A stretch of 64,000 bases of DNA, taken from assembly GCA_035554455.1 (NCBI GenBank), contig DATMJF010000573.1, forward strand, positions 1,417 to 65,416, written 5' to 3'. Below the pieces are notes generated by a model. The model was not told the DNA's origin, ran no database searches, and saw only the letters and a list, made by a program, of their open reading frames with translations. The position numbers and the translations under genes are program-made. Source of the stretch: Rummeliibacillus sp. Its GTDB lineage: Bacteria > Bacillota > Bacilli > Bacillales_A > Planococcaceae. Within the stretch, counting starts at the first letter, position 1, and every line of letters starts with the position of its first letter. Below, one piece after another: positions 1 to 10,356 of this stretch.

Positions 1-522
1 TTGAATTTACTAACAATCAAACCAATGCTGTATGTAGCTAATGTTTCTGAAGATGAAGTGGCAGATTCAGATAACAATAAATATGTACAAGCTGTTCGTG
101 AATTTGCTGCTGCTGAAGGTGCAGAAGTAATTGTTGTTTGTGCAAAAATCGAAGAAGAAATAGCTGAATTAGATGATGAAGAAAAAGCAATGTTCTTAGA
201 AGAACTTGGCATTGAAGAATCTGGTTTAGATCAATTAATCCGAGCTTCATATAACTTACTTGGATTAGCTACTTACTTCACAGCAGGTGTACAAGAAGTA
301 AGAGCATGGACATTCCGTAAAGGTATGAAAGCTCCACAATGTGCAGGAGTTATCCACTCTGACTTCGAACGAGGTTTTATCCGTGCAGAAACTGTTTCTT
401 ATGATGACTTAATGGAACACGGTTCTATGACAGCAGCGAAAGAAGCAGGCCGAGTACGCCTTGAAGGTAAAGAGTATGTCGTAGAAGATGGCGACGTTAT
501 GTTATTCCGCTTTAATGTATAA
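1..522 (+). CDS. ychF: Ribosome-binding ATPase YchF, C-terminal 173 aa (N-terminus outside window)
   Basis: Frame open to window edge. C-terminal YchF sequence (YFTAGVQEVRAWTFRKGMKAPQCAGVIHSDFERGFIRAE). Hairpin terminator follows. Conserved neighbour of rpsF-ssb-rpsR. Confidence 0.9.
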   Translation: MNLLTIKPMLYVANVSEDEVADSDNNKYVQAVREFAAAEGAEVIVVCAKIEEEIAELDDEEKAMFLEELGIEESGLDQLIRASYNLLGLATYFTAGVQEVRAWTFRKGMKAPQCAGVIHSDFERGFIRAETVSYDDLMEHGSMTAAKEAGRVRLEGKEYVVEDGDVMLFRFNV

Positions 523-535
523 TGCTGAATAATTC

Positions 536-571
536 AAAGGCAGCCCAATAAGATGTTGGGCTGCCTTTTTT
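536..571. terminator. Bidirectional intrinsic terminator between ychF and the DUF3267-like gene
   Basis: AAAGGCAGCCCAA / TTGGGCTGCCTTT 13-bp stem with A-run and T-run flanks. Confidence 0.85.
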
Positions 572-1121
572 AGTTTTTATAAACATATAATTTAGGGAGA
601 TTTGGGTCATCTCTAACCAAATATTGTTTTGGATATTTTCGAAGTTTGATATACATTATAAAATCACCAATTGCTCCGGCAATTAACCATGCGCCTAAAA
701 AAAGCCATAGTTTACGATCCGTCATAAAGCCAATTACAGCTGGAATTACACCTGTTACCCAAAAAGGAAGTAGCAATGCTTTTTTCATAGCTTTATTCGA
801 TAATAATTCTGTAGTTGTTGCATAAGCGATACCGATTTTCAAATTGACTCCATATTTTAGACTACTAAATGGCACTTTTCCAAAAAGGACAAATCCTAAT
901 AGATGGCAACACTCATGTAATATGATGAGTACGATATACAGAATAATAAATAATAGGAAATCCAGAAGCCATATTGTTATATGAAATGTGAGGTCATGAT
1001 GGATTAAAATATTTATAAAAAAGAATGCAATCATTAAAAAGACGGTCAAAAGTAAATTTTGCCAAGCTACCTTTTGCATATCTATTTCAATAATAGCAAT
1101 TGGTTCCGAGTTATTTTCCAA
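570..1121 (-). CDS. Polytopic membrane protein with HExxH motif (DUF3267-like putative zincin peptidase)
   Basis: 183-aa ORF with several hydrophobic helices and an HECCH motif (LHECCHLLGF). Family name from memory. Confidence 0.6.
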   Translation of the reverse strand: MENNSEPIAIIEIDMQKVAWQNLLLTVFLMIAFFFINILIHHDLTFHITIWLLDFLLFIILYIVLIILHECCHLLGFVLFGKVPFSSLKYGVNLKIGIAYATTTELLSNKAMKKALLLPFWVTGVIPAVIGFMTDRKLWLFLGAWLIAGAIGDFIMYIKLRKYPKQYLVRDDPNLPKLYVYKN

Positions 1122-1177
1122 ATAATCACCCCAATTTCAGTATAGAGAAAGAAATAAGTATTGCCTAGTGAGGTTAG

Positions 1178-1206
1178 TTGCTTATTATTCTATTTTATGA
1201 TACAAT
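1178..1206 (+). promoter_or_regulatory. SigA-type promoter of rpsF operon
   Basis: TTGCTT, 17 nt, TACAAT, with TG at the extended -10 position (TGATACAAT). Confidence 0.6.
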
Positions 1207-1235
1207 TTGTTGATGTTAGTAGTAAAGATTACTAA

Positions 1236-1277
1236 CTCCTTGCCAAATGTATAATTTTGGCCAAAGTCCATAAGGAG
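1236..1277 (+). promoter_or_regulatory. rpsF leader helix sequestering the SD
   Basis: CTCCTT 1236-1241 is complementary to AAGGAG 1272-1277. Inner stem GCCAAA/TTTGGC. Confidence 0.35.
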
Positions 1278-1288
1278 GTGCTTATACA

Positions 1289-1579
1289 ATGAAAGCATAC
1301 GAATTAATGTATATTATTCGTCCAAACATCGAAGATGAAGCTAAAAAAGCTTTAGTTGAACGTTTCAACGAAATTTTAACTTCTAACGGTGCTGAAATCA
1401 TCGAATCAAAAGAATGGGGCAAACGCCGCCTAGCTTACGAAATCGAAGACTTCCGTGAAGGTTTCTATGAAATCATGAAAGTTAACGCTGATTCAAAAGC
1501 AATCGATGAATACACTCGTCTTGCAAATATCAACGAAGATATCATTCGTCATATTGCAGTTCGCGAAGAAGAAAAATAA
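1289..1579 (+). CDS. rpsF: 30S ribosomal protein S6
   Basis: [18 protein letters not shown]... typical S6. SD AAGGAGG 8 nt upstream. rpsF-ssb-rpsR operon order. Confidence 0.97.
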   Translation: MKAYELMYIIRPNIEDEAKKALVERFNEILTSNGAEIIESKEWGKRRLAYEIEDFREGFYEIMKVNADSKAIDEYTRLANINEDIIRHIAVREEEK

Positions 1580-1618
1580 TTTTAACTAAAAAACGCAGAT
1601 AAAGGAGGTTGCATTCTG

Positions 1619-2173
1619 ATGATTAACCGTGTCGTACTAGTTGGAAGACTAACAAAAGATCCGGAACTTCGCTACACACCAAGTGGCGCAGCCGTTGCTC
1701 GTTTTACACTAGCTGTAAATAGAACGTTTTCTAACCAACAAGGTGAGAGACAAGCGGACTTCATCAATTGCGTTGTTTGGCGTAAACAGGCTGAAAATGC
1801 AGCGAACTTCTTGAAAAAAGGAAGCTTAGCAGGCGTTGAAGGTCGCATTCAAACAGGTAGTTATGAAGGACAAGATGGTAAACGTGTTTACACAACTGAA
1901 GTTGTTGCAGATAGCGTTCAGTTCTTAGAACCACGCGGTGCTGCAGGAGATCGTCCTCAACAAGGACAGCCATATGGCGGACAACCATCATTTAATGGTG
2001 GAGGTCAATCATATGACCAAGCTCCACAACAAGGCAACTATCAACAACCATCTTATCAACAGAATCAATCACCTAGTCAGCAGAATTATACACGTGTAGA
2101 TGAAGATCCATTTGCACCAGTTAGTAATGGTGGCGGGAAAGTCGACGTTACAGAAGATGACCTACCATTCTAA
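1619..2173 (+). CDS. ssb: Single-stranded DNA-binding protein
   Basis: OB-fold N-terminus ([23 protein letters not shown]), Gly/Gln/Pro-rich linker, acidic DDLPF tip. Confidence 0.97.
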   Translation: MINRVVLVGRLTKDPELRYTPSGAAVARFTLAVNRTFSNQQGERQADFINCVVWRKQAENAANFLKKGSLAGVEGRIQTGSYEGQDGKRVYTTEVVADSVQFLEPRGAAGDRPQQGQPYGGQPSFNGGGQSYDQAPQQGNYQQPSYQQNQSPSQQNYTRVDEDPFAPVSNGGGKVDVTEDDLPF

Positions 2174-2230
2174 GCAAATGACTCATTACACGTCATATAT
2201 TTATTTTTAAACGAGGAGGGAAACTACACA

Positions 2231-2467
2231 ATGGCACCACGTAGAGGAGGCCGCAAACGCCGTAAAGTTTGCTATTTCACTTCTAATAACATCAAAAACA
2301 TCGATTATAAAGATGTTGATTTATTAAAAAAATTCATCTCTGAACGCGGAAAAATTCTTCCACGCCGTGTGACTGGTACAAGCGCTAAATACCAACGTAA
2401 ACTTACATCAGCTATCAAAGTAGCTCGTGTAATGGCTTTACTACCATTCACTGCAGAAGATAAATAG
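2231..2467 (+). CDS. rpsR: 30S ribosomal protein S18
   Basis: [13 protein letters not shown]... ILPRRVTG...KYQRKL motifs. Two hairpin terminators follow. Confidence 0.97.
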   Translation: MAPRRGGRKRRKVCYFTSNNIKNIDYKDVDLLKKFISERGKILPRRVTGTSAKYQRKLTSAIKVARVMALLPFTAEDK

Positions 2468-2480
2468 TCGTCAATTGAAG

Positions 2481-2509
2481 GGATCAGCATTATGCTGGTC
2501 TCTTTTTTT
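2481..2509 (+). terminator. rpsR terminator
   Basis: GATCAGCA/TGCTGGTC stem plus T7. A second hairpin plus T-run lies at about 2534-2570. Confidence 0.8.
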
Positions 2510-2705
2510 AGATATGAAAGGGAATTTTGAAAGGATTGGCATATGATTTATTGCCAATCTTTTTTATTAGCATTAGACTTTTTTGCGTATCAATGACTTA
2601 CAATCATTTGATTCAATAACAGTATGCTTTTTGTTCGATAACATGAAACATGGTACAATAATAAGATGAAATAATAGATTTTCTTTATGAAAAGGAAGGT
2701 TTTAA

Positions 2706-3647
2706 ATGCCGGAAAATCAGACACGGAGAATTACGCACGGCGCCATGATGGTCGCATTGTTTACGATATTATTAGCCATCTCTACATATGTACCTGTGGT
2801 AAGTATTGTGACAATCTGGTTTATCTCTTTACCAATAGCTTGGTATAGCGCAAAATACAGTCGTAGTTCATCGGTATTCGTTGTAATCGTTAGTATCGTT
2901 ATTTCACTTTTGATTGGTGGCCTTTTATCTCTGCCTGTAGCAATTCTGTTTGCGATTATCGGATTTGTTATTGGGGATGTAATACGTACAAAGAAAAGTA
3001 AAATATTCTTATTTATGTCGACAGCATTTACCGTTTTGATTTCCATTACTGTGGGGTATATCATTTCGGTCAAGTTTTTCAATATGGATGTTTTGAAGCA
3101 AATGATAACAATTACTCGAGAAAGTTATCAAAAATCAAATGAAATAGTAAAATCAATGACAGGTCAAGCACCATTTTCAACTGAACAGTTAAATACTATG
3201 TTCGATACAATGCAAATGGTAATGCCGACTATAGTGACGCTATTAGTTTTTATTATGACGTTTATTGTTATTTCAGTGAATTTACCGTTATTACGCCGTT
3301 TTGGATTAGAAGTTCCAAAGTTCGCGCCGTTTAGAGATTTGAGATTACCACGTGCGACTTTGTGGTATTATCTTGCCGTATTAGCCATGACTTTATTTGT
3401 AAAGCCAGACGAAGGAACATTTATTTATTTGGTGATATTAAATTTATCTTTTATCTTAAGTATATTATTTATGCTACAAGGTATTTCACTTATTCATTTT
3501 TACGTGTATCAGCAGGGATGGCCAAAGTGGGCTTTAATTGTTGGTACAATCTTAGCTATTCCACTAAGCTCGTTTGTCACATTACTTGGTATTGCTGATC
3601 TGGGATTTAACATCCGTGGGCTTATTAGTGGCATGACAAGAAAATAA
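2706..3647 (+). CDS. yybS: YybS-family membrane protein (DUF2232)
   Basis: 313-aa polytopic membrane protein directly upstream of gdpP, as in B. subtilis yybS-yybT. Confidence 0.8.
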   Translation: MPENQTRRITHGAMMVALFTILLAISTYVPVVSIVTIWFISLPIAWYSAKYSRSSSVFVVIVSIVISLLIGGLLSLPVAILFAIIGFVIGDVIRTKKSKIFLFMSTAFTVLISITVGYIISVKFFNMDVLKQMITITRESYQKSNEIVKSMTGQAPFSTEQLNTMFDTMQMVMPTIVTLLVFIMTFIVISVNLPLLRRFGLEVPKFAPFRDLRLPRATLWYYLAVLAMTLFVKPDEGTFIYLVILNLSFILSILFMLQGISLIHFYVYQQGWPKWALIVGTILAIPLSSFVTLLGIADLGFNIRGLISGMTRK

Positions 3648-3660
3648 GGAGTTGAGATTT

Positions 3661-5637
3661 ATGGGTACTCTTTTTAGAAAACGACCAGTACGTTATCCTC
3701 TTTTAATCCTGTCATTGCTAGGAATAGCGGGCGTTGTTATATGCGTTATGTGGAATTTGCCGACTGGTATCGTTTATGGTATTGTCCTTGTACTAGTATT
3801 GATTCTTGCTTGGAAAGCTGAATCAGACACATATAAAGAGACTGAGAAACATATCGAGATGCTTTCTTACCGTTTAAAAAAGGTTGGAGAAGAAGCGTTA
3901 CTAGAAATGCCAATCGGTATTGTGTTAATTGACGAGCAGTTTTTAATTGAATGGACGAATCCTTATATGCTGCGTATATTAGGAACAGATTCACTGATCG
4001 GGGAGGAAATTTTCTCCTTATCAGAAGATTTATATAATCTTATTAAGCATGAGGAGTCCAATGAGCTTAATATTACGCTAAAAGACCGTAAATATCGTGC
4101 GTTTTATAAGCCTGAGGATAAATTACTGTACTTCTTTGATATTACAGAACAAGTAGAAATTGAAGCACTTTACTATGATGACCGTACAGTTATTGCGATT
4201 CTTTTCGTTGATAATTATGATGAGATCACACAAGGAATGGACGACCAAACTCGTAGTCAAACCAATTCACTTGTTACTTCACTTGTTAATAATTGGGGAA
4301 CAACAAACGGTATTTACTTGAAACGTATCGATTCTGACCGTTTTATCGCTGTTATGAATGAATCAATCTTACAAGAACTAGAGAAGAAAAGATTCTCAAT
4401 TCTTGATGATATTCGTGAGATTACAGCACAGCAAAATCTATCATTAACATTAAGTATTGGTGTTGGAGCTGGATCACAATCTTTACTTGAATTAGGAGAG
4501 CTTGCACAATCAAGTTTAGATCTTGTCCTTGGACGTGGTGGTGATCAAGTAGCGATCAAACAACCTAATGGAAAAGTAAAATTCTACGGTGGTAAAACAA
4601 ACCCTGTTGAGAAACGCACAAGGGTACGCGCACGAGTTATTTCACATGCCTTGCGTGATTTAATACAGGATAGTGATCAAATCTTTGTAATGGGCCATAA
4701 AATGCCTGATATGGATGCTATAGGTGCTGCAATTGGTGTTCGCAAAATGGCAGATATGAATGGTATTGATGGTTATGTAGTTGTAGATTTCGATAACATT
4801 GATAATAGTATTAGTCGTCTAATGCAAGTGGTGAAGGAAAAATCTGATTTATTTAATCGCTTTATCACGCCAGAAGAGGCATTAGATAAGATTACAGATA
4901 AATCATTATTGGTTATAGTTGATACACATAAACCAAGTATGACAATAGAGGCAAAGTTACTTAATAAGTCGGATAAAGTTGTAGTCATAGATCACCATCG
5001 TCGTGGAGAGGAATTCGTAAAAAATCCAATGCTTGTTTATATGGAGCCATATGCTTCCTCAACAGCTGAATTAGTAACTGAACTATTAGAATATCAGCCG
5101 AAAAATGATAAAATAACAATGTTAGAAGCAACATCCTTATTAGCTGGTATTATAGTTGATACGAAGAGCTTCACATTACGTACAGGTGCAAGAACATTTG
5201 AAGCAGCATCTTATTTGCGTACAAATGGAGCGGATACCGTACTTGTACAACGTCTTTTAAAAGAGGATATTAGTACGTATATAGAACGTTCTAAAATTGT
5301 GCAAACAGCTGAATTTGTTCATAAAGGAATTGCTATTGCACGTGGTGATAGTGATAAAATATACAACTCTGTTTTAATTGCTCAAACTGCAGATATTTTA
5401 TTGACGATGAAAGATATTTCAGCATCCTTCGTTGTTGCTCATCGTAATGATGGCACAATTGGTATTAGTGCAAGATCATTAGGTGAGATTAACGTACAAC
5501 TTGTAATGGAGGAATTAGGCGGAGGTGGTCATTTAACAAATGCCGCTTGCCAATTAGAAATCCAAACAATTGATGAAGCAATTGAAAAGTTAAAAGTAGC
5601 AATAGATGATGTATTAGAAGGGAGCACGGAATCATGA
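3661..5637 (+). CDS. gdpP: Cyclic-di-AMP phosphodiesterase GdpP (2 TM, PAS-like, degenerate GGDEF, DHH/DHHA1)
   Basis: DHH motifs ([18 protein letters not shown]) and GGGGH near the C-terminus. ATG 3661 sits 9 nt after SD AAGGAG, whereas the track start TTG 3652 abuts the SD. Confidence 0.9.
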   Translation: MGTLFRKRPVRYPLLILSLLGIAGVVICVMWNLPTGIVYGIVLVLVLILAWKAESDTYKETEKHIEMLSYRLKKVGEEALLEMPIGIVLIDEQFLIEWTNPYMLRILGTDSLIGEEIFSLSEDLYNLIKHEESNELNITLKDRKYRAFYKPEDKLLYFFDITEQVEIEALYYDDRTVIAILFVDNYDEITQGMDDQTRSQTNSLVTSLVNNWGTTNGIYLKRIDSDRFIAVMNESILQELEKKRFSILDDIREITAQQNLSLTLSIGVGAGSQSLLELGELAQSSLDLVLGRGGDQVAIKQPNGKVKFYGGKTNPVEKRTRVRARVISHALRDLIQDSDQIFVMGHKMPDMDAIGAAIGVRKMADMNGIDGYVVVDFDNIDNSISRLMQVVKEKSDLFNRFITPEEALDKITDKSLLVIVDTHKPSMTIEAKLLNKSDKVVVIDHHRRGEEFVKNPMLVYMEPYASSTAELVTELLEYQPKNDKITMLEATSLLAGIIVDTKSFTLRTGARTFEAASYLRTNGADTVLVQRLLKEDISTYIERSKIVQTAEFVHKGIAIARGDSDKIYNSVLIAQTADILLTMKDISASFVVAHRNDGTIGISARSLGEINVQLVMEELGGGGHLTNAACQLEIQTIDEAIEKLKVAIDDVLEGSTES

Positions 5638-6083
5638 AAGTAATATTTTTAAAAGACGTTAAAGGCCAAGGTAAAAAAGGTGAAACAAAAGAGGTCTCAG
5701 ATGGCTACGCACGTAACGTATTGTTAAAACAAAAAAGTGCAGTAGAAGCAACAGCTACAGAAATTGCAAAATTAAAGGCACAAAACAAACGAGCTGCTGA
5801 AGATGCTGCACAAGAATTAGAAGATGCGAAAGCATTAAAAGAAACACTAGAAGGTTTAACTGTAGAGTTAAAAGCAAAACCAGGTAAAGATGGTCGTCTA
5901 TTCGGTTCAATCACTTCAAAACAAATCGGTGAACAATTACAAAAAGACCATGGGATTAAAATTGATAAACGAAAAATGGAATTAAAAGATGCTATTCGTA
6001 CATTAGGGGTAACGAAAGTACCTGTAAAACTTCATCATGAAGTAACTGCTACATTGAAAGTACATGTTGCAGAACAAGCGTAA
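5634..6083 (+). CDS. rplI: 50S ribosomal protein L9
   Basis: [17 protein letters not shown]... typical L9. ATGA overlap with gdpP. Confidence 0.95.
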   Translation: MKVIFLKDVKGQGKKGETKEVSDGYARNVLLKQKSAVEATATEIAKLKAQNKRAAEDAAQELEDAKALKETLEGLTVELKAKPGKDGRLFGSITSKQIGEQLQKDHGIKIDKRKMELKDAIRTLGVTKVPVKLHHEVTATLKVHVAEQA

Positions 6084-6095
6084 GGAGAGACGTTT

Positions 6096-7454
6096 ATGAA
6101 CGATCCACAATTGGACCGCGTTCCGCCTCATAACCAGGAAGCTGAACAATCTGTCATAGGTGCTATATTTCTCGAACCTCAAGCATTGATTACGGCTTCA
6201 GAAATTTTAATTCCCGAAGATTTTTATCGCTCTGCACATCAGATGATTTTCCAAACTATGTTGCGTTTAAGTGATCAAGGAAAAGCAATTGATGTAATCA
6301 CTGTTACTGAAGAATTGTCATCACATAATGAATTAGATGATATTGGTGGTATTTCCTACATTACTGAAATTGCCAACGCTGTTCCGACAGCGGCCAATGT
6401 TGGTTACTATGCTCAAATTGTATCGGAAAAGGCTGTGCTACGTCGTTTAATCAGAGTAGCTACGAAAATAGCAGAAGACGGTTATACGCGTGAAGATGAA
6501 GTAGATGCATTGCTTTCTGAAGCAGAGCGTAAAGTAATGGAAGTGGCTAATCGCAAAAATGCCGGTGACTTTAAGCATGTAAAGGATGTTCTTGTTGAAA
6601 CGTACGCCAATGTTGAACATTTACAAAACCGCAAAGGTGATATTACTGGTATTCCAACGGGTTTCCGTGACCTGGATCGTTTAACGGCAGGATTCCAACG
6701 GGGGGACTTAATTATCGTTGCAGCCAGACCATCAGTTGGGAAAACAGCCTTTGCATTAAATGTAGCACAAGCAGTTGGTACCCAAACGGAAGAAAATGTA
6801 GCTATTTTCTCGCTCGAAATGGGCGCAGAACAACTTGTCATGCGTATGCTCTGTGCAGAAGGTAATATAGATGCACAAGTTTTACGTACAGGTGCTTTAA
6901 ATTCGGAAGATTGGCGTAAACTAACGATGGCAACGGGGACTTTATCTCGTGCAGGGATATATATTGACGATGCTGCTGGTGTTCGTGTTAGTGAAATTCG
7001 TGCAAAGTGTCGTCGATTAAAACAAGAACGTGGTCTTGGTATGATTCTAATCGATTACCTACAACTTATTCAAGGTAGCGGTGGTGCAGGTGCAAATAGA
7101 CAACAAGAAGTATCCGAAATTTCACGGTCACTTAAAGCATTAGCCCGGGAGTTAGAAGTTCCTGTTATTGCACTATCTCAATTATCTCGTGGCGTTGAAC
7201 AACGTCAAGATAAACGTCCGATGATGAGTGACCTTCGTGAATCTGGAAGTATTGAGCAAGATGCCGATATCGTAGCATTCTTATACCGTGAAGATTACTA
7301 TGATAAACAAACGGAAGATGCAAATACAATTGAAATTATTGTTGCAAAGCAACGTAATGGCCCAACGGATACTGTAAAATTGGCGTTTAAAAAAGAATTC
7401 AACAAATTTGTTAGCGTTGACTGGAGTGCTGAAGCACCAGCAGGAGGCTATTAA
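6096..7454 (+). CDS. dnaB: Replicative DNA helicase (DnaB family; called DnaC in B. subtilis)
   Basis: N-terminal PPHNQEAEQSVIGAI, Walker A ARPSVGKTAF, IDYLQLI, SQLSRGVEQR motifs. Confidence 0.95.
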   Translation: MNDPQLDRVPPHNQEAEQSVIGAIFLEPQALITASEILIPEDFYRSAHQMIFQTMLRLSDQGKAIDVITVTEELSSHNELDDIGGISYITEIANAVPTAANVGYYAQIVSEKAVLRRLIRVATKIAEDGYTREDEVDALLSEAERKVMEVANRKNAGDFKHVKDVLVETYANVEHLQNRKGDITGIPTGFRDLDRLTAGFQRGDLIIVAARPSVGKTAFALNVAQAVGTQTEENVAIFSLEMGAEQLVMRMLCAEGNIDAQVLRTGALNSEDWRKLTMATGTLSRAGIYIDDAAGVRVSEIRAKCRRLKQERGLGMILIDYLQLIQGSGGAGANRQQEVSEISRSLKALARELEVPVIALSQLSRGVEQRQDKRPMMSDLRESGSIEQDADIVAFLYREDYYDKQTEDANTIEIIVAKQRNGPTDTVKLAFKKEFNKFVSVDWSAEAPAGGY

Positions 7455-7459
7455 ACAAT

Positions 7460-7507
7460 AAAACACGAACATTGATATCTGACATGTATGATATGTTCGT
7501 GTTTTTT
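7460..7507 (+). terminator. dnaB terminator hairpin that also forms an inverted PurBox-like pair
   Basis: AAAACACGAACAT ... ATGTTCGTGTTTT plus T-run. CGAAC 7466-7470 and GTTCG 7495-7499 are 24 nt apart. Confidence 0.8.
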
Positions 7508-7518
7508 ATTGCTTTTTA

Positions 7519-7547
7519 TTGACTATACTCGTTTTCGTTGTTACAAT
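7519..7547 (+). promoter_or_regulatory. purA SigA-type promoter
   Basis: TTGACT, 17 nt, TACAAT. Confidence 0.65.
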
Positions 7548-7598
7548 AAGTCTGTTTGAATCAGGACACTATGAAAGTGTCTGACGGAGGTGCTGATC

Positions 7599-8891
7599 AT
7601 GACATCAGTTGTAGTAGTAGGAACACAATGGGGAGACGAAGGTAAAGGTAAAATTACTGACTTCCTATCTAAAAAGGCAGAGGCAATCGCTCGTTACTCT
7701 GGTGGCGATAACGCAGGACATACAATTCAATTTGAAGGCGAAACTTATAAACTACATTTAATCCCTTCAGGTATTTTTTATAAAGAAAAAACTTCAGTAA
7801 TGGGTAACGGTATGGTTATTAACCCTGAATCTTTAGTAAAAGAGCTTAAAGGTATACAAGATCGAGGAATTGATACTTCTAACTTACGTATCTCAAACCG
7901 TGCTCAAGTAATTCTTCCTTACCATGTTTATCAAGATAAGGTAGACGAAGAATCTCGCGGAGATGCAAAAATCGGTACTACATGTAAAGGTATCGGACCT
8001 TGCTATACAGATAAAGTTCAACGTATTGGTATCCGTATCGCGGATCTTTTAGACAAAGAAGTATTTGAAGAAAAACTTCGTAATAACTTAGAAATCAAAA
8101 ACCGTTTATTCACTAAATTCTATGAAGTAGAACCTTTAAAATTCGAAGATATCTTCGAACCATTCTATGCATACGGTCAAGAAATCGCTCAATACGTAAC
8201 AGATACTTCTAAAGTATTAAACGACGTATTAGACGAAGGTGGTAAAGTATTATTTGAAGGCGCACAAGGCATTTTACTTGATGTGGACCATGGTACTTAC
8301 CCATATGTAACATCTTCGAACCCAGTTGCTGGTGGTGTTGCTACAGGTGCTGGCGTAGGTCCATCTGCAGTATCACGTGTAATCGGTGTATCAAAAGCTT
8401 ATACTTCTCGTGTTGGTGATGGTCCATTCCCAACTGAATTATTTGATGAAGTCGGTCATCAAATTCGTGAAGTTGGTCGTGAATATGGTACAACTACTGG
8501 CCGTCCACGTCGTGTTGGTTGGTTTGACTCAGTTGTTGTACGTCATTCTCGCCGTGTATCAGGTATCACAGATTTAGCTCTAAACTCAATTGACGTATTA
8601 ACAGGTCTTGATACAGTTAAAATCTGTACTGCATATGATTACAATGGTGAAACAATCACTGAATATCCTGCAAACCTTCACATTATTGAAGGCTGCAAAC
8701 CAATTTATGAAGAACTTCCAGGTTGGACAGAAGATGTTACAGGATGCAAAACGTTAGAAGAACTACCTGAAAATGCACGTAACTACGTAAAACGTGTTAG
8801 TGAATTAACAGGTATTCGTATTGCAACATTCTCAGTAGGTCCAGACCGTGAACAAACAAATGTATTAATTGATGTTTGGGAAGAAGCTTAA
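7599..8891 (+). CDS. purA: Adenylosuccinate synthetase
   Basis: [15 protein letters not shown]-loop and TTGRPRR motif. ATG 7599 lies 8 nt after GGAGG (track start 7590 lies in the SD). Confidence 0.97.
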   Translation: MTSVVVVGTQWGDEGKGKITDFLSKKAEAIARYSGGDNAGHTIQFEGETYKLHLIPSGIFYKEKTSVMGNGMVINPESLVKELKGIQDRGIDTSNLRISNRAQVILPYHVYQDKVDEESRGDAKIGTTCKGIGPCYTDKVQRIGIRIADLLDKEVFEEKLRNNLEIKNRLFTKFYEVEPLKFEDIFEPFYAYGQEIAQYVTDTSKVLNDVLDEGGKVLFEGAQGILLDVDHGTYPYVTSSNPVAGGVATGAGVGPSAVSRVIGVSKAYTSRVGDGPFPTELFDEVGHQIREVGREYGTTTGRPRRVGWFDSVVVRHSRRVSGITDLALNSIDVLTGLDTVKICTAYDYNGETITEYPANLHIIEGCKPIYEELPGWTEDVTGCKTLEELPENARNYVKRVSELTGIRIATFSVGPDREQTNVLIDVWEEA

Positions 8892-8906
8892 TCCATCAAC
8901 TTAAGG

Positions 8907-8940
8907 AGCAGTTAGCGAAAGCTAGCTGCTCTTTTTTATT
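8907..8940 (+). terminator. purA terminator
   Basis: GAGCAGTTAGC GAAA GCTAGCTGCTC plus T6. Confidence 0.85.
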
Positions 8941-8986
8941 TTTTTAATGTATAATAAAGGATAAAATGGATGTTTGGAGGGAAAAT

Positions 8987-9796
8987 GTGAAGCGAATAGT
9001 ATTCTATAGTGCACTTACTGTAATTATTGCGAGCTTTTTTCTTAATAATTGTTATGCAAATAACAAGAAGATTGGCATGCCAATAGTAATACCATCTTAT
9101 ATTTCAACTTTAGCTGATGATAGTGTGCAGTTTGCATTGTACTATGTAACGGATCATGATGATAAACGTACGGTTCAGAGGATAACATTTGGAGATACTG
9201 ATATATGGGTAGAAGGGGAAACCAGTGACTTTTTTGAAGAAGGCTCATCGGAATTACATACGATTGATACTTTCAAATATCAAACATTAAATAGAGCGAG
9301 CTTTGATATATCTGCAGAGGAAGTAGCAGATATTTATAAAAAGGGAATTTTAGCAGAGGATATCCAAGTTGTATTATCGGATGATAAAAAAATTCCGGCC
9401 AATTTTCAACATTTTGAAATTTTGAAGACAAAAAAGAAAGATAAAGAAAAGCTATCATTTATATCATCTGGGGGTTCTTCTGAGGGAACAGGACATACAA
9501 AATTTAAGGTAAAACAGAATGTGAAGCTTACACAAATGGATATACCAGAAGAGCTAAAGTCGTATTATGAGGTGCAAGTAGTGAAGTCCTATCAAAAGGT
9601 AGATCTGCCATTTAAGTTGAGTAAAGAGGAAACGTTAAGTATCAATACAAAGGTAATAAGAAATATACCCTTTAGTTGTGATACCACTATTCCCCTAATA
9701 TCAAATGAAGATGTGATTGGATTTATCTCTTTGCAAAATAATCCAACTATTTCGGAGAAGGATATAGAAAATTTAGTGAAGGAGTATGGTCGATGA
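8987..9796 (+). CDS. Hypothetical exported or membrane-anchored protein
   Basis: ORF with GGAGGG SD. A GTG 8987 start gives a signal-peptide-like N-terminus (KRIVFYSALTVIIASFFLNNCYA); ATG 8966 is an alternative. No family recognised. Confidence 0.5.
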   Translation: MKRIVFYSALTVIIASFFLNNCYANNKKIGMPIVIPSYISTLADDSVQFALYYVTDHDDKRTVQRITFGDTDIWVEGETSDFFEEGSSELHTIDTFKYQTLNRASFDISAEEVADIYKKGILAEDIQVVLSDDKKIPANFQHFEILKTKKKDKEKLSFISSGGSSEGTGHTKFKVKQNVKLTQMDIPEELKSYYEVQVVKSYQKVDLPFKLSKEETLSINTKVIRNIPFSCDTTIPLISNEDVIGFISLQNNPTISEKDIENLVKEYGR

Positions 9797-10338
9797 AAAA
9801 AGGATTTCACTATCTATTTATTGGCTTTTTGTTTATTCTTTTTGACTTTCGCTTCTTTATTGATGTCTTGCCAGATACCCTTGGCTATTTTTTTATAAGC
9901 AAGGGAATTACAGAAATTGCACAATCACATAAGCATTATGGAAAATTATACTTGGCAACATGTTTCTTAATTATAATAGCAATACCCTTTGATTTAAATG
10001 TTAGAATTACCAGTGCTTTTTCAGATTACTTAGTGTTTACTTGGCGTGTAATTTGGGTTGTATATTTGTATTATTTATTATCAATCCTTTATTCACATTT
10101 AGTAAGTGAAAATTATCTATGCTTAGCAAAATCATTAAAAAGCTTATCAAATAAAGTACCAGCTATTTTACTTATATCATTATTTATTTCAACATTTCTT
10201 ATGAATATTCCACATGATTGGGCAGAAAGTTTGAGTATACTCATTGTTATTGTGGAAGCGGCTGTTAGTTTATGGATGATTGTTGTATTTAATAAATTAA
10301 GTAAAATGAAAGAAAATAAACAGGCAACTTCCGAGTAG
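9793..10338 (+). CDS. Hypothetical polytopic membrane protein
   Basis: 181 aa with about 5 hydrophobic helices. ATGA overlap (translational coupling) with the preceding ORF. Hairpin at the 3' end. Confidence 0.5.
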   Translation: MKKGFHYLFIGFLFILFDFRFFIDVLPDTLGYFFISKGITEIAQSHKHYGKLYLATCFLIIIAIPFDLNVRITSAFSDYLVFTWRVIWVVYLYYLLSILYSHLVSENYLCLAKSLKSLSNKVPAILLISLFISTFLMNIPHDWAESLSILIVIVEAAVSLWMIVVFNKLSKMKENKQATSE

Positions 10339-10356
10339 TGGAAATTGCCTGTTTTC
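10318..10356. terminator. Hairpin between convergent genes
   Basis: AAACAGGCAA / TTGCCTGTTT stem overlapping the 3' end of the 9793-10338 ORF. Confidence 0.6.
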
